Source: an uncultured Gaiellaceae bacterium
GTDB lineage: Bacteria; Actinomycetota; Thermoleophilia; Gaiellales; Gaiellaceae
Assembly (NCBI GenBank): GCA_963789355.1
Contig: CAWBKK010000006.1
Coordinates: forward strand, 14,774 to 78,773
DNA: 64,000 bases
Reading direction: 5' to 3'
The notes beneath the pieces were generated by a model that worked only from the letters and a program-made list of their open reading frames with translations, was not told the DNA's origin and searched no databases. The translations under genes were made by a program, and so were the position numbers. Position 1 is the stretch's first letter, and every line of letters starts with the position of its first letter. Shown here in pieces: positions 47,451-56,277 of the stretch.

Positions 47451-48668
47451 CTAGCTATCGAGTAACAGCTCGGCAGTGACGCCGCCACCGAGGAAACGGC
47501 CCCGGCGAGTGAGCTCGAGCGTGTCGGCTGTTGGTTCGATCAGCCCGTGTCGCCGGAGCCTGGCGAGCGCGTCGCCGTCGACGACGGTCTCGAGGTCGTC
47601 CAGCCCGAGCGGCTCGTCGAGGCGAAGCCCGAGCATGACGCGCTCACGCGCGGCCGTCTCCGGCTCCAGGTGCTCGAGCTCACGGTGGGGGCGATCGCCG
47701 CGCCCGAGCGCGGCGAGATAGCGCGGCAGGCTCGGCGCGTTTCGCCAGCGCAGGCCACCCACGGTCGAGACGGCGCCGACGCCGACGCCGAGGTAGTCGC
47801 GACCGAGCCAGTAGCCGAGGTTGTGCCGGGCACGCAGGTCGCGGCCGTCGGCGGTGCGGCAGAAGTTCGCCGTCTCGTACCAGCGGTAGCCGGCCCCGGT
47901 GAGCGTCTCGACGACACGCTCGAAGTAGTCCTCCATCGCTTCTGCCTGCCGCTCGAGCTCGCCGCCGTGGGTGTGCGTGAAGCGCGTGCCGGGCTTCGCC
48001 TCGAGCTCGTAGCAGGAGAGGTGCTCCGGCTCGAGCGCGATCGCCTCGGCAAGATCGCGCCCGAGGTCGTCGACGCTCTGACCGGGGATCCCGTAGATCA
48101 GGTCGAGGGAGACGTTGGCGAAGCCGGCTGTGCGGAGCATGCCGACGGCGCCCCGAACGTCGTCGGGGCTCGCTCGTCGCTCGAGGGTCGCCAGCAGATG
48201 GGCCTGGAAGCTCTGCGCTCCAAGCGAGACACGATCGACGCCGTGCTCCTGGAGCAACGCAGCCAGGTCAGGCGTCACCGTCTCTGGATTCGCCTCGACC
48301 GTCGTCTCCGCTGCAGGCGGAAGCGCCGCGAGCAGGCGAGCGAGCGCGGCCGGTTCGGTGAACGTGGGCGTGCCTCCGCCGATGAAGACCGTCTCGACGT
48401 CCGCCGCGAGCAGGCCCCGCTCGAGCTCGAGCTCCGCCAGCAGCGCGTCCACGTAACCGCCGTGCTCGCCGTCGTGGCCTGTGACGGTGACGAAGTCGCA
48501 GTAGCCGCAACGGTGGGCGCAGAAGGGGAGGTGAACGTAGAGGTGGCGCGCGCCCGGTCCAGCCCCCGGGCTGGGGGCGCGATTGCCCCCTTCCGGAACG
48601 CTACGCGTCGATCCGTCACGGGTGTGTGACCCAGGTGTGCCGGTTGCGTGCCGGTTCACCGCGCTCAC
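47451..48668 (-). CDS. hemW: Radical-SAM heme chaperone HemW (HemN-like)
   Basis: [16 protein letters not shown] cluster motif. GTG 48668 overlaps the lepA stop (GTGA). Exact start is uncertain. Confidence 0.85.
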   Translation of the reverse strand: MSAVNRHATGTPGSHTRDGSTRSVPEGGNRAPSPGAGPGARHLYVHLPFCAHRCGYCDFVTVTGHDGEHGGYVDALLAELELERGLLAADVETVFIGGGTPTFTEPAALARLLAALPPAAETTVEANPETVTPDLAALLQEHGVDRVSLGAQSFQAHLLATLERRASPDDVRGAVGMLRTAGFANVSLDLIYGIPGQSVDDLGRDLAEAIALEPEHLSCYELEAKPGTRFTHTHGGELERQAEAMEDYFERVVETLTGAGYRWYETANFCRTADGRDLRARHNLGYWLGRDYLGVGVGAVSTVGGLRWRNAPSLPRYLAALGRGDRPHRELEHLEPETAARERVMLGLRLDEPLGLDDLETVVDGDALARLRRHGLIEPTADTLELTRRGRFLGGGVTAELLLDS

Positions 48669-50452
48669 TTGCTCCGCTCGTCCAGATTGAGCACAGCGAG
48701 GAACGCCTCCTGCGGCACCTCGACACCGCCGACCTGCTTCATCCGCTTCTTGCCCTTCTTTTGCTTCTCGAGGAGCTTCCGCTTGCGGCTGATGTCGCCG
48801 CCGTAGCACTTGGCGAGCACGTCTTTGCGACGCGCCTTGACCGTCTCTCGCGCGATGATCCGCGCGCCGATCGCGGCCTGGATCGCGACGTCGAACATCT
48901 GGCGCGGGATCTCCTTGCGCAGCCGCTCGACGAGCAGCCTGCCTCGCTCGTAGGCGAAGTCGCGGTGGATGATCAACGAGAGCGCATCGACCTGCTCCCC
49001 GCCGACGAGGACGTCCACTCTGACGACGTTGCCGGGCCGGAACCCGGCGAGGTCGTAGTCGAAGCTCGCGTAGCCCCGCGTTCTCGACTTGAGCTGGTCG
49101 TAGAAGTCGAGCACGATCTCGCCCAATGGCAGCTCGTAGGTGAGGTGCACCCGCTCCTCGGAGAGGTACTCCATGTGGTCGAACTTGCCCCGGCGCTCGT
49201 TGTTGAGCTCCATCACGGCCCCGACGTACTCCTTCGGGACGATCACCGAAGCCTTGATGTACGGCTCCTCGGCCGCTTCGATCTCGACCGGCATGTCGGC
49301 GGGGTTGTGCACCTCGACCCAGTTGCCGTTCCGCTCCTGGACGCGGTAGGCGACGTTCGGCGCGGTCACGATCAGGTCGAGGTCGAACTCTCGCTCGAGC
49401 CGCTCGCGAACGATCTCCATGTGCAGCAGCCCGAGGAAACCGCAGCGGAAGCCGAAGCCGAGCGCCTGCGAGGTCTCCGGCTCGTAGAAAAGCGCGGCGT
49501 CGTTCAGCTTCAGCCGCTCGAGCGCGTCGCGAAGCTCTGGATACTCGTCCGAGTCGGTCGGGAACAGGCCGGAGAAGACCATCGGCTTGACTTCCTTGTA
49601 CCCGGGCAGCGGCTCGGCCGCAGGGCGCTTCTCGGCGGTGAGCGTGTCGCCAACTCGAAGCTTGGAGACGTCCTTGAGTCCGGTGATGACGTAGCCGACC
49701 TCGCCGGCGACGAGCGCCTTCACGGGGCGCCGCTCGGGCGAGAGGAAGCCGAGCTCCTCCGCTTCGAAGCGTGTCCCCTGCGCCATCGCACGGACCGCAT
49801 CACGAGTCTCGAAGCGGCCGTCGACGACGCGGACGAACGCGACGACGCCGCGGTACTGGTCGTAGGAGGAGTCGAAGATGAGCGCGCGAGCGGGCGCATC
49901 GGCGGCGCCGTCGGGAGCCGGGATTCGCTCGATGATCGCGTCGAGCACCTCCTCCACGCCCTGGCCGGTCTTGGCGGAGATGCGGAGAACGCGATCCGGA
50001 TCGTCGCCGATCAGGTCGGCGACCTCGGCGGCGGCACCGTCCGGATCGGCCTGGGGCAGGTCGATCTTGTTCACGACCGGGACGATCTCGAGGTTGTTCT
50101 CGATCGCCAGATACGCGTTCGCGAGTGTCTGCGCCTCGATCCCCTGCGCCGCGTCGACGACGAGCAGCGCTCCTTCGCACGCCTGGAGCGAGCGCGAGAC
50201 CTCGTACGTGAAGTCGACGTGGCCCGGCGTGTCGATCAGATTCAGCTGGTGGCCCTTCCAGAGCACGCGGACGGCCTGCGCCTTGATCGTGATTCCGCGC
50301 TCGCGCTCGAGCTCCATCGAGTCGAGCAGCTGCTCCTTCATGTCGCGGTCGGCGACGGTGTCGGTCGCCTGCAGGATCCGATCGGCCAGCGTCGACTTCC
50401 CATGGTCGATGTGGGCGATGATCGAGAAGTTGCGGATCTTGTCCTGGTCCAT
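48665..50452 (-). CDS. lepA: Translation elongation factor 4
   Basis: 595 aa. [29 protein letters not shown], and a C-terminal LepA-specific region. Confidence 0.95.
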   Translation of the reverse strand: MDQDKIRNFSIIAHIDHGKSTLADRILQATDTVADRDMKEQLLDSMELERERGITIKAQAVRVLWKGHQLNLIDTPGHVDFTYEVSRSLQACEGALLVVDAAQGIEAQTLANAYLAIENNLEIVPVVNKIDLPQADPDGAAAEVADLIGDDPDRVLRISAKTGQGVEEVLDAIIERIPAPDGAADAPARALIFDSSYDQYRGVVAFVRVVDGRFETRDAVRAMAQGTRFEAEELGFLSPERRPVKALVAGEVGYVITGLKDVSKLRVGDTLTAEKRPAAEPLPGYKEVKPMVFSGLFPTDSDEYPELRDALERLKLNDAALFYEPETSQALGFGFRCGFLGLLHMEIVRERLEREFDLDLIVTAPNVAYRVQERNGNWVEVHNPADMPVEIEAAEEPYIKASVIVPKEYVGAVMELNNERRGKFDHMEYLSEERVHLTYELPLGEIVLDFYDQLKSRTRGYASFDYDLAGFRPGNVVRVDVLVGGEQVDALSLIIHRDFAYERGRLLVERLRKEIPRQMFDVAIQAAIGARIIARETVKARRKDVLAKCYGGDISRKRKLLEKQKKGKKRMKQVGGVEVPQEAFLAVLNLDERSK

Positions 50453-50458
50453 GCGTGA

Positions 50459-52028
50459 TCAGCCTTGGCGCGAACGGCCTCGCAGGGAGAGTAGCGTCGC
50501 AAGCTCGGGCACCCGCAGCGCCCGGCACACGATCAGATAGGCGGCGCCGCCGACCAGCAGCGCCGTTCCGAGCGAGCCGAGCTGGCCGAGGAATGATCGC
50601 CCGAGCGCGTCGTCGAGGAGTCGCCAGACGCCGTAGGCAACGGCGGCGAGCAGCGCGGATGCAACGGTGACGAGTAGGAACGATCGGATCGTCGTCGCGT
50701 AGGTCGATGGGTCCCGCGCGACGCCGCAGCGCGGCGAAGAGGAGTGCGACCCCCGCGATGTTCGCGAGCGAGATCGCGAGCGGGATGCCCCAGACGCCGA
50801 CGCGGTAGAGGGCGGCGTAGAGCGCCGTGTTCAACGCGACGACCGCGAGGGCGACGAACGTCGGGACCCACGGCGCCTGGAGGCTGAAGAAGCCGCGATT
50901 CAGCATCAGCATCATCCCGTTGAAGGTCAGCCCGAGCGAGAACGCAGCGAGCGCACCGGCGACGACGCGCGTCTGATCGGGCTCGAACGCACCGCGCTCG
51001 TAGAGCAGCCGGATGATCGGCTCGGCCAGAACCGCGGAGACGACGCCGGCCGGGATCAGCAGGAAGTTGATCTGACGGAGGCCGGTCGAGACCGTGGCGC
51101 GGAAGCCGCCGAGGTCGCCCCGTGTCGCCAGGCGAGCCAGCGACGGATACAGGATCGTCGCGACTGCGACCGAGAACATCCCCTGGGGCAGCATGTAGAC
51201 GCGGAAGGCCTTGTCGATCGCGTTCGGTGCGATCGTCGGGTCGATCAGCTTGGAGGCGAAGACAGTGCCGATCACGGCGTTGACGTTGATCAGGCCGAGC
51301 CCGAGCATCACCGGCCCCATCAGCTTGAAGACCTGCTTGACAGCCGGATCGCGGACGTCGAGCGCCAGCCGGAGACGCCCGTCGAGTCCGCGCAGCCACG
51401 GCAGCGGCAACAGCAGCTGGATCACCGTGCCGGCGACGATCGAACCGGCGTAGACGTAGAGCTTGCCGCTGTCCGTGTCCGCCCGCGGCACGCCGACGAC
51501 GAGGCCGACGATGATCGCGACGTTCCAGAAGACGGGCGTCAGCGCGGGGATCGAGAACTGGTCGTAGCTGTTCAGGATCCCGGTGACGATCCCGAAGAGC
51601 CCGATCAAGACAACGATCGGAAAGAGGATCTGGGAGAGCGTCACGGCCAGGTCGTCGTAGGCGTCCGTGAGCGGCGGCATCAAGACCGGCGCGAGCAGGA
51701 CGAAGAGCGCGGTGATTCCCCCGACGATCAGGAGGAAGAGCCAGAAGACGGTCGACGCGACCCGCCAGGCTCGCGCTCGCTCCCCTTTCTCGAGCAGCTC
51801 GCTGAACACGGGGACGAACGCGGACGAGAGCGCCGCGTCGGCGACGAGCGCACGGACGAGGTTCGGGATCTGGAAGGCGATCGTGAACGCGTTGATCGGG
51901 CCGCGGGCGCCAAAGTAGTTGGCGGCGACGATCTCGCGCACGAGGCCGAGGACGCGCGAGAGCCCCGTCGCTGCCGAGAAGATCGCCGTCGACCACGCGA
52001 GCCTCCGTGCCTGGGCCCGCGTCTCCAC
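50459..52028 (-). pseudogene. murJ: Lipid II flippase MurJ, single frame disruption near 50700
   Basis: The main frame (GLSRVLGLVREIVAANYFGA ...) loses sense after ...LRRRAGPIDL. Another frame encodes a typical MurJ tail TTIRSFLLVTVASALLAAVAYGVW...LIVCRALRVPELATLLSLRGRSRQG and stops at 50461-50459, just before lepA. Confidence 0.8.
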
Positions 52029-52096
52029 GGCACCGAGTATAGGAGTGGGGTCTGCTACGATTTTGCGCGCCCGCCGAGTGCGGGCCTTTCTTCGAC

Positions 52097-52363
52097 ATGG
52101 CGAATATTCAGCAGCAGAAAAAGCGCGTTCGCATCTCCGAGCGCCAGCGCGAGGAGAACCTGCGCTACCGCTCGACGGTGAAGACGCTGACGAAGCGTCT
52201 CGAAGCCGCGGTCTCCGAGGGCGACAAGGACGCGGTCGCCACCGAGCATCTCGAGCTGACGCGGATGATCGACAAGGCCGCTTCGCACGGCGCGCTGCAC
52301 AAGAACACGGCCGGTCGCAAGAAGTCGCGGGCTGCCCGGCTCGTCGCCGGCGACGCCTCCTAG
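52097..52363 (+). CDS. rpsT: 30S ribosomal protein S20
   Basis: 88 aa, MANIQQQKKRVRISERQREENL. Confidence 0.9.
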   Translation: MANIQQQKKRVRISERQREENLRYRSTVKTLTKRLEAAVSEGDKDAVATEHLELTRMIDKAASHGALHKNTAGRKKSRAARLVAGDAS

Positions 52364-53361
52364 CTCTCGACTCTGAGGTCGATCAGCGCTCGCTGGAGCT
52401 CGAGATCGGGCGCGAGCTTGCTGCCGCCCTTGAGGGCATGGTCGAGCCCGGCAAGCCGAACGACCGCCGTTCGCAGCTCCTCCTCGCCGAAGTTGGCGGC
52501 CTGGCCGAACACCTTCTCGACGTAGAAGGGATGGCGCTTCAGGGTCGTAGCGGCGTCGCGGGCGCGAACGCCCTCGGCCGCGAGCCGCTGGCAGCGGCGC
52601 ATGAACGAGAGATGGTTGCCGAGCGCGCCCGCCAGCCGTGGCGCGGTGTCGCGGCGGGGCCTGCCTTCGCGCTCGAAGATCGTCTCCGTGGCAGCGAGCG
52701 TGCGGCCGAGGTCACGCTGCGCCCAGGCATCGGTGAGCTCGAAGGTCGGCGTCTCGGCGACGGCCGCGACGAGCTGTTCCACCTCGTGCTCCCCGATCGG
52801 CTCGTCCCCTGCCCAGAGAGCGAGCTTGTCAACTTCGTTGGCGAGCTGGTGGAAGTCCTCGCCGACCAGCTGGACGAGCGCCGCAACCGCCTCCGGCTCG
52901 GCGCGGACACCGGCTTGCTTGAACCGTTCGGCGACCCACGCGTCGGCCTTCTTCTTCACGACGGCGAACGTGAGCATGTCGCCCGCTTTCGCGCAGGCCT
53001 TGGCCAGCGGCGCGTCCTTCTTCAGCTCCTCGGCGACGAGCGCGAGGACCGTGTTCGGCGCGGGTGAGGCGAGATACTCCTCCACGGCTTTCACGTCGGC
53101 GGCCTTCCAGCCGTTCGCGAGCCTGCCCTCGGTGGTGCGACGGCCGTCGATACCCTCCACGAGGACGAGCCGTGCGTCGCCGAAGAGGCTGCCCGCGTTG
53201 CAGAGGGCGGCGGTCTCGGCACCCGACACCTCCTGGGCGCTGACGATCTCGGTCGCCTCGGGCTCGAAGTGACGGCGAAGCCGCGCGAGCGCGGTCTCGA
53301 TCTTGGGGCGGTCGCTGCCTGTGAGCAAGTAGACCGGTTTGAGCGCGGGCGACTCGGCCAT
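52360..53361 (-). CDS. holA: DNA polymerase III delta subunit
   Basis: 333 aa. N-terminal YLLTGSD pattern, and conserved position between rpsT and comEC. Confidence 0.8.
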   Translation of the reverse strand: MAESPALKPVYLLTGSDRPKIETALARLRRHFEPEATEIVSAQEVSGAETAALCNAGSLFGDARLVLVEGIDGRRTTEGRLANGWKAADVKAVEEYLASPAPNTVLALVAEELKKDAPLAKACAKAGDMLTFAVVKKKADAWVAERFKQAGVRAEPEAVAALVQLVGEDFHQLANEVDKLALWAGDEPIGEHEVEQLVAAVAETPTFELTDAWAQRDLGRTLAATETIFEREGRPRRDTAPRLAGALGNHLSFMRRCQRLAAEGVRARDAATTLKRHPFYVEKVFGQAANFGEEELRTAVVRLAGLDHALKGGSKLAPDLELQRALIDLRVES

Positions 53362-53374
53362 GGCGCCACCCTAC

Positions 53375-55567
53375 TCAACGGTCGGTCCGAACCGAGATCC
53401 GCCGTCCGTCCGACTCGAGGACGACTCGACCATCCTCGTCGGTGCGGTAGAGACGCAGGCCGGCGCTCTGGCGGAGGGCGGCGAGGGTCGACGCCGTCGG
53501 GTGGCCGTAGTCGTTGTTGCGCCCGCAGGAGATGACGGCGACGTCCGGCCGCAACTGGTGCAACTCGGCCGCGAGCCCGGGATCGGCGGAGCCGTGGTGG
53601 GCGACCTTGAGGATCTCGATCGGCGTCGAGAGCAGCCGCGCAGTCACCTCCGTCTCAGCATCTGCGGTCAGCAACGTGTCCACCTCGCCGTAGCTCGCCA
53701 GCATCACGATCGGCAGCAGGTTCGGATCGTCCGCGGTCGTTCCCGGCCTGTCGGGCCAGAGAACGCGAAGCCGGAGGCGCCCGAGCCGGAAACCCTCGCC
53801 GGCACGCGTCTCGACCACCGGCACGCCGCGGTCGGAGGCCATGGCCAGGGCCGCCCGTTCGTACGGACCGGAGACCGCGAGGAGTGGATCGAGGACGCGA
53901 TCGACGGCAACGCGTCGCAGAACCGTTTCCGCGCCGCCGATGTGATCCCGTTGCGGGTGGGTCAGAACGAGCGCCGCGAGCCGGCGGACACCGAGCCCCC
54001 GCAGCTGCCGCGCGACGTCCGCCTCGGGTGGGCCCTGGTCGACGAGGACGGCGCCCTCCGGTACCTGGAGCAGGATCGCGTCACCCTGGCCGACATCGAG
54101 GAAGCTGATTCTCAGCCCGGTCGGCGGGGGCAGGGGCGCCTCCGGCAGCAACTGCCAGACGAGGAGCGCCGGTGCGAGTGCCGCCATGCTCGCGACGGCA
54201 AGCGGGCGCCGCCAGCGCGGAAGGCGCTGCAGGGCGAGGAGCAGGACGGGCGTTCCCAGCAGTACGCAGACCGCCGTGCCGGAACCGACCTGGGCGAACG
54301 GGAGCCCGCCGATCAGGCCTGCGCACTCGGCGATGTACGCCGCGAGCCAGCCGTTCAGCCAGCCGAGCGCGAGCGCGGCGGTGGGCAGAACCGGCTCGAT
54401 CAAGGAGCCGACGAGGGCGAGCCCGAGCAGCGGCCCGATCGCCAGGGTCACGAGGGCGTTCGCCGGCAGCGAGTAGACCGGCACGCTGCCGAACTGGAGC
54501 CAGAGGATCGGAGCCGTGGCTGCACCGCAGGCGGTGGAGACCGCAACCGCTTCGCGCAGCCAGGTGCTGAGCGGGTAGCCCTCGAGCGCCAGCCGGAGCC
54601 GCGGCAGGAGCACGAAGATCGACGTGACCGCCGCGAACGAGAGCTGAAAACCTGGCTCGAGCAGGCTCGCCGGCGTCCATGCCAGCAGCACGGCGGCTCC
54701 GAGCGCGAGGAAGTGCCAGCGGTCGCGCGGGCGTGAGAGCAGCCAGGCAAGTGAGGCGAGGCCTCCTGCCACCCCGGCGCGCACGACCGACGGCTGCCAG
54801 CCCACCGCGAGGACGTATGCCGCGATCGCCGCGATCGCCGTTGCCTCGGCCGCGAGACGCGGGATCCCGAGCAGCCACGCCAGTCCGAGCACACCGAGGG
54901 CCAGGAAGGTGATGTTCTGGCCCGAGACGGCCAGGAGGTGATAGAGCCCTGAGGCCTTGAACTCGTCGCGGAGCTCGTCGGAGAGCCCTTCGTCCTCGCC
55001 GAGCACGATGCCTGCCAGGACGGCGCGCCGCTCGCCTCCGAGCCCAGGGGCGATTGCGCGCGCCACATGCGCGCGGAGGCGATCCGAGACACCGCCGATC
55101 CCACCCCGGCGGCCGCTGATCTCCCAGCTCCGCCCTTGCAGGAGCACGTGCACGCCGCGGCGGGCGAGCCAGCCGCGCTCGTCGAAGCCGTCCTCCGGCC
55201 CGCGTGGCGCGGACACGGTCGCTCGAAGCGCGAGGATGGCTCCCTGCGGCGGTGAGCGGCCGAGCGGCAACTCGAGCAGCACTCGCTCGCGCAGGGAGCG
55301 TCCGCCGAAGCGGCGCACCTCGGCAGGGATGCGGAGGGCGAAGGTCGATCTCCGCACCGGCCCGGTCACGACCGCCGTGACCGCAGCTGACCGGCCGACT
55401 TCGGGCAGGAGCACGCTCTCGTCGAGCGCATCGAGCCGCACGCTCCCCCACCACCAGCCGGCGAGGAGCAGAGCTCCCGCAAACGCCGCCAAGCGAGTTC
55501 CCGGGACACTCGCCGCCACAGCTGCGGCTGCCGCGACGGCTACGACGGCGAGCAGCGGCAGACGCAC
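53375..55567 (-). CDS. comEC: DNA internalization competence protein ComEC/Rec2 (with metallo-beta-lactamase domain)
   Basis: 730 aa, multi-TM core. C-terminal LDVGQGDA and HPQRDHIGG (HxHxDH-like). The start may lie upstream (see finding). Confidence 0.85.
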   Translation of the reverse strand: MRLPLLAVVAVAAAAAVAASVPGTRLAAFAGALLLAGWWWGSVRLDALDESVLLPEVGRSAAVTAVVTGPVRRSTFALRIPAEVRRFGGRSLRERVLLELPLGRSPPQGAILALRATVSAPRGPEDGFDERGWLARRGVHVLLQGRSWEISGRRGGIGGVSDRLRAHVARAIAPGLGGERRAVLAGIVLGEDEGLSDELRDEFKASGLYHLLAVSGQNITFLALGVLGLAWLLGIPRLAAEATAIAAIAAYVLAVGWQPSVVRAGVAGGLASLAWLLSRPRDRWHFLALGAAVLLAWTPASLLEPGFQLSFAAVTSIFVLLPRLRLALEGYPLSTWLREAVAVSTACGAATAPILWLQFGSVPVYSLPANALVTLAIGPLLGLALVGSLIEPVLPTAALALGWLNGWLAAYIAECAGLIGGLPFAQVGSGTAVCVLLGTPVLLLALQRLPRWRRPLAVASMAALAPALLVWQLLPEAPLPPPTGLRISFLDVGQGDAILLQVPEGAVLVDQGPPEADVARQLRGLGVRRLAALVLTHPQRDHIGGAETVLRRVAVDRVLDPLLAVSGPYERAALAMASDRGVPVVETRAGEGFRLGRLRLRVLWPDRPGTTADDPNLLPIVMLASYGEVDTLLTADAETEVTARLLSTPIEILKVAHHGSADPGLAAELHQLRPDVAVISCGRNNDYGHPTASTLAALRQSAGLRLYRTDEDGRVVLESDGRRISVRTDR

Positions 55568-55632
55568 GGCATTCGCGAGCGAGAGGCCGATGCAGGCGGA
55601 GAGAACGAGCAGGGTCGGCCAGGCGCGTGCGA

Positions 55633-56190
55633 TCAGGGCGACGCAACCTCTCGGAGCTGCTCGACGCGGGCCGGCCCGATTCCCGGGATCGCGTCGAGAT
55701 CGTCAACGGAGCGGAAGCCCCCGTGCTCGGCGCGATAGTCGAGGATCTTCTGGGCGGTGACGGGGCCGATCCCCGGCAGCGCGTCCAGCTCGGCCGCGGT
55801 CGCAGAGCTGAGACTGACGCGTCCGCCGACCGCCTTCCCGGGCGCACCCGGGACCCGCCGCGGCACGACCACCTGCATCCCGTCTGCGAGCGGCGCAGCG
55901 AGGTTGATCGCTGCGGTGTCGGCCGGCGCGGTCGCTCCGCCCGCACGGGCGACCGCGTCGGCGACGCGCTTGCCCTCGGCCAGCCGGTACAGCCCGGGTC
56001 GCCGGACGGCGCCGGCGACATGGACGACGAGCTTCGGTGCGGCCGCAGGCGCCTCGGCGACGAGTCGTTCGGCAGGTCGCTCCCTGGCGGCACCCGCGCC
56101 GGCCAGCGTGCGCCCGGCCACGGCCAGCAGCACGAGCGCGGCCGCAGCGAGGAGGAGCGCCCGCCGGCGCGACACGGGCATGGAGGGCAT
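55633..56190 (-). CDS. comEA: Competence protein ComEA (helix-hairpin-helix DNA-binding)
   Basis: 185 aa. N-terminal TM, SLBB-like middle region, and tandem HhH LDALPGIGPVTAQKI ... LDAIPGIGPARVEQL. Confidence 0.85.
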   Translation of the reverse strand: MPSMPVSRRRALLLAAAALVLLAVAGRTLAGAGAARERPAERLVAEAPAAAPKLVVHVAGAVRRPGLYRLAEGKRVADAVARAGGATAPADTAAINLAAPLADGMQVVVPRRVPGAPGKAVGGRVSLSSATAAELDALPGIGPVTAQKILDYRAEHGGFRSVDDLDAIPGIGPARVEQLREVASP

Positions 56191-56277
56191 GTCTCGAGCG
56201 TGCCGGGAAACCCGTCACAAGAGACAAACGCCTCTGCACCAACTTCGTGCCGGTTTCAGCGACACCCGACCCGGGCG

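Noticed and set aside
47438-47470. Looked for a CIRCE operator (TTAGCACTC-N9-GAGTGCTAA) upstream of hrcA
   Set aside because: Only 13 nt separate the hemW stop from the hrcA start, and the local AT-rich text (TTACTCGATAGCTAGAATTTCC) does not match CIRCE. I saw no CIRCE-like palindrome in the window.
52050-52096. Small hairpin GCCCGC-CGAGT-GCGGGC followed by CTTTCTTCG just before rpsT, considered as an S20 autoregulatory leader
   Set aside because: It has only 6 bp and no recognisable conserved structure. This is too weak to call.
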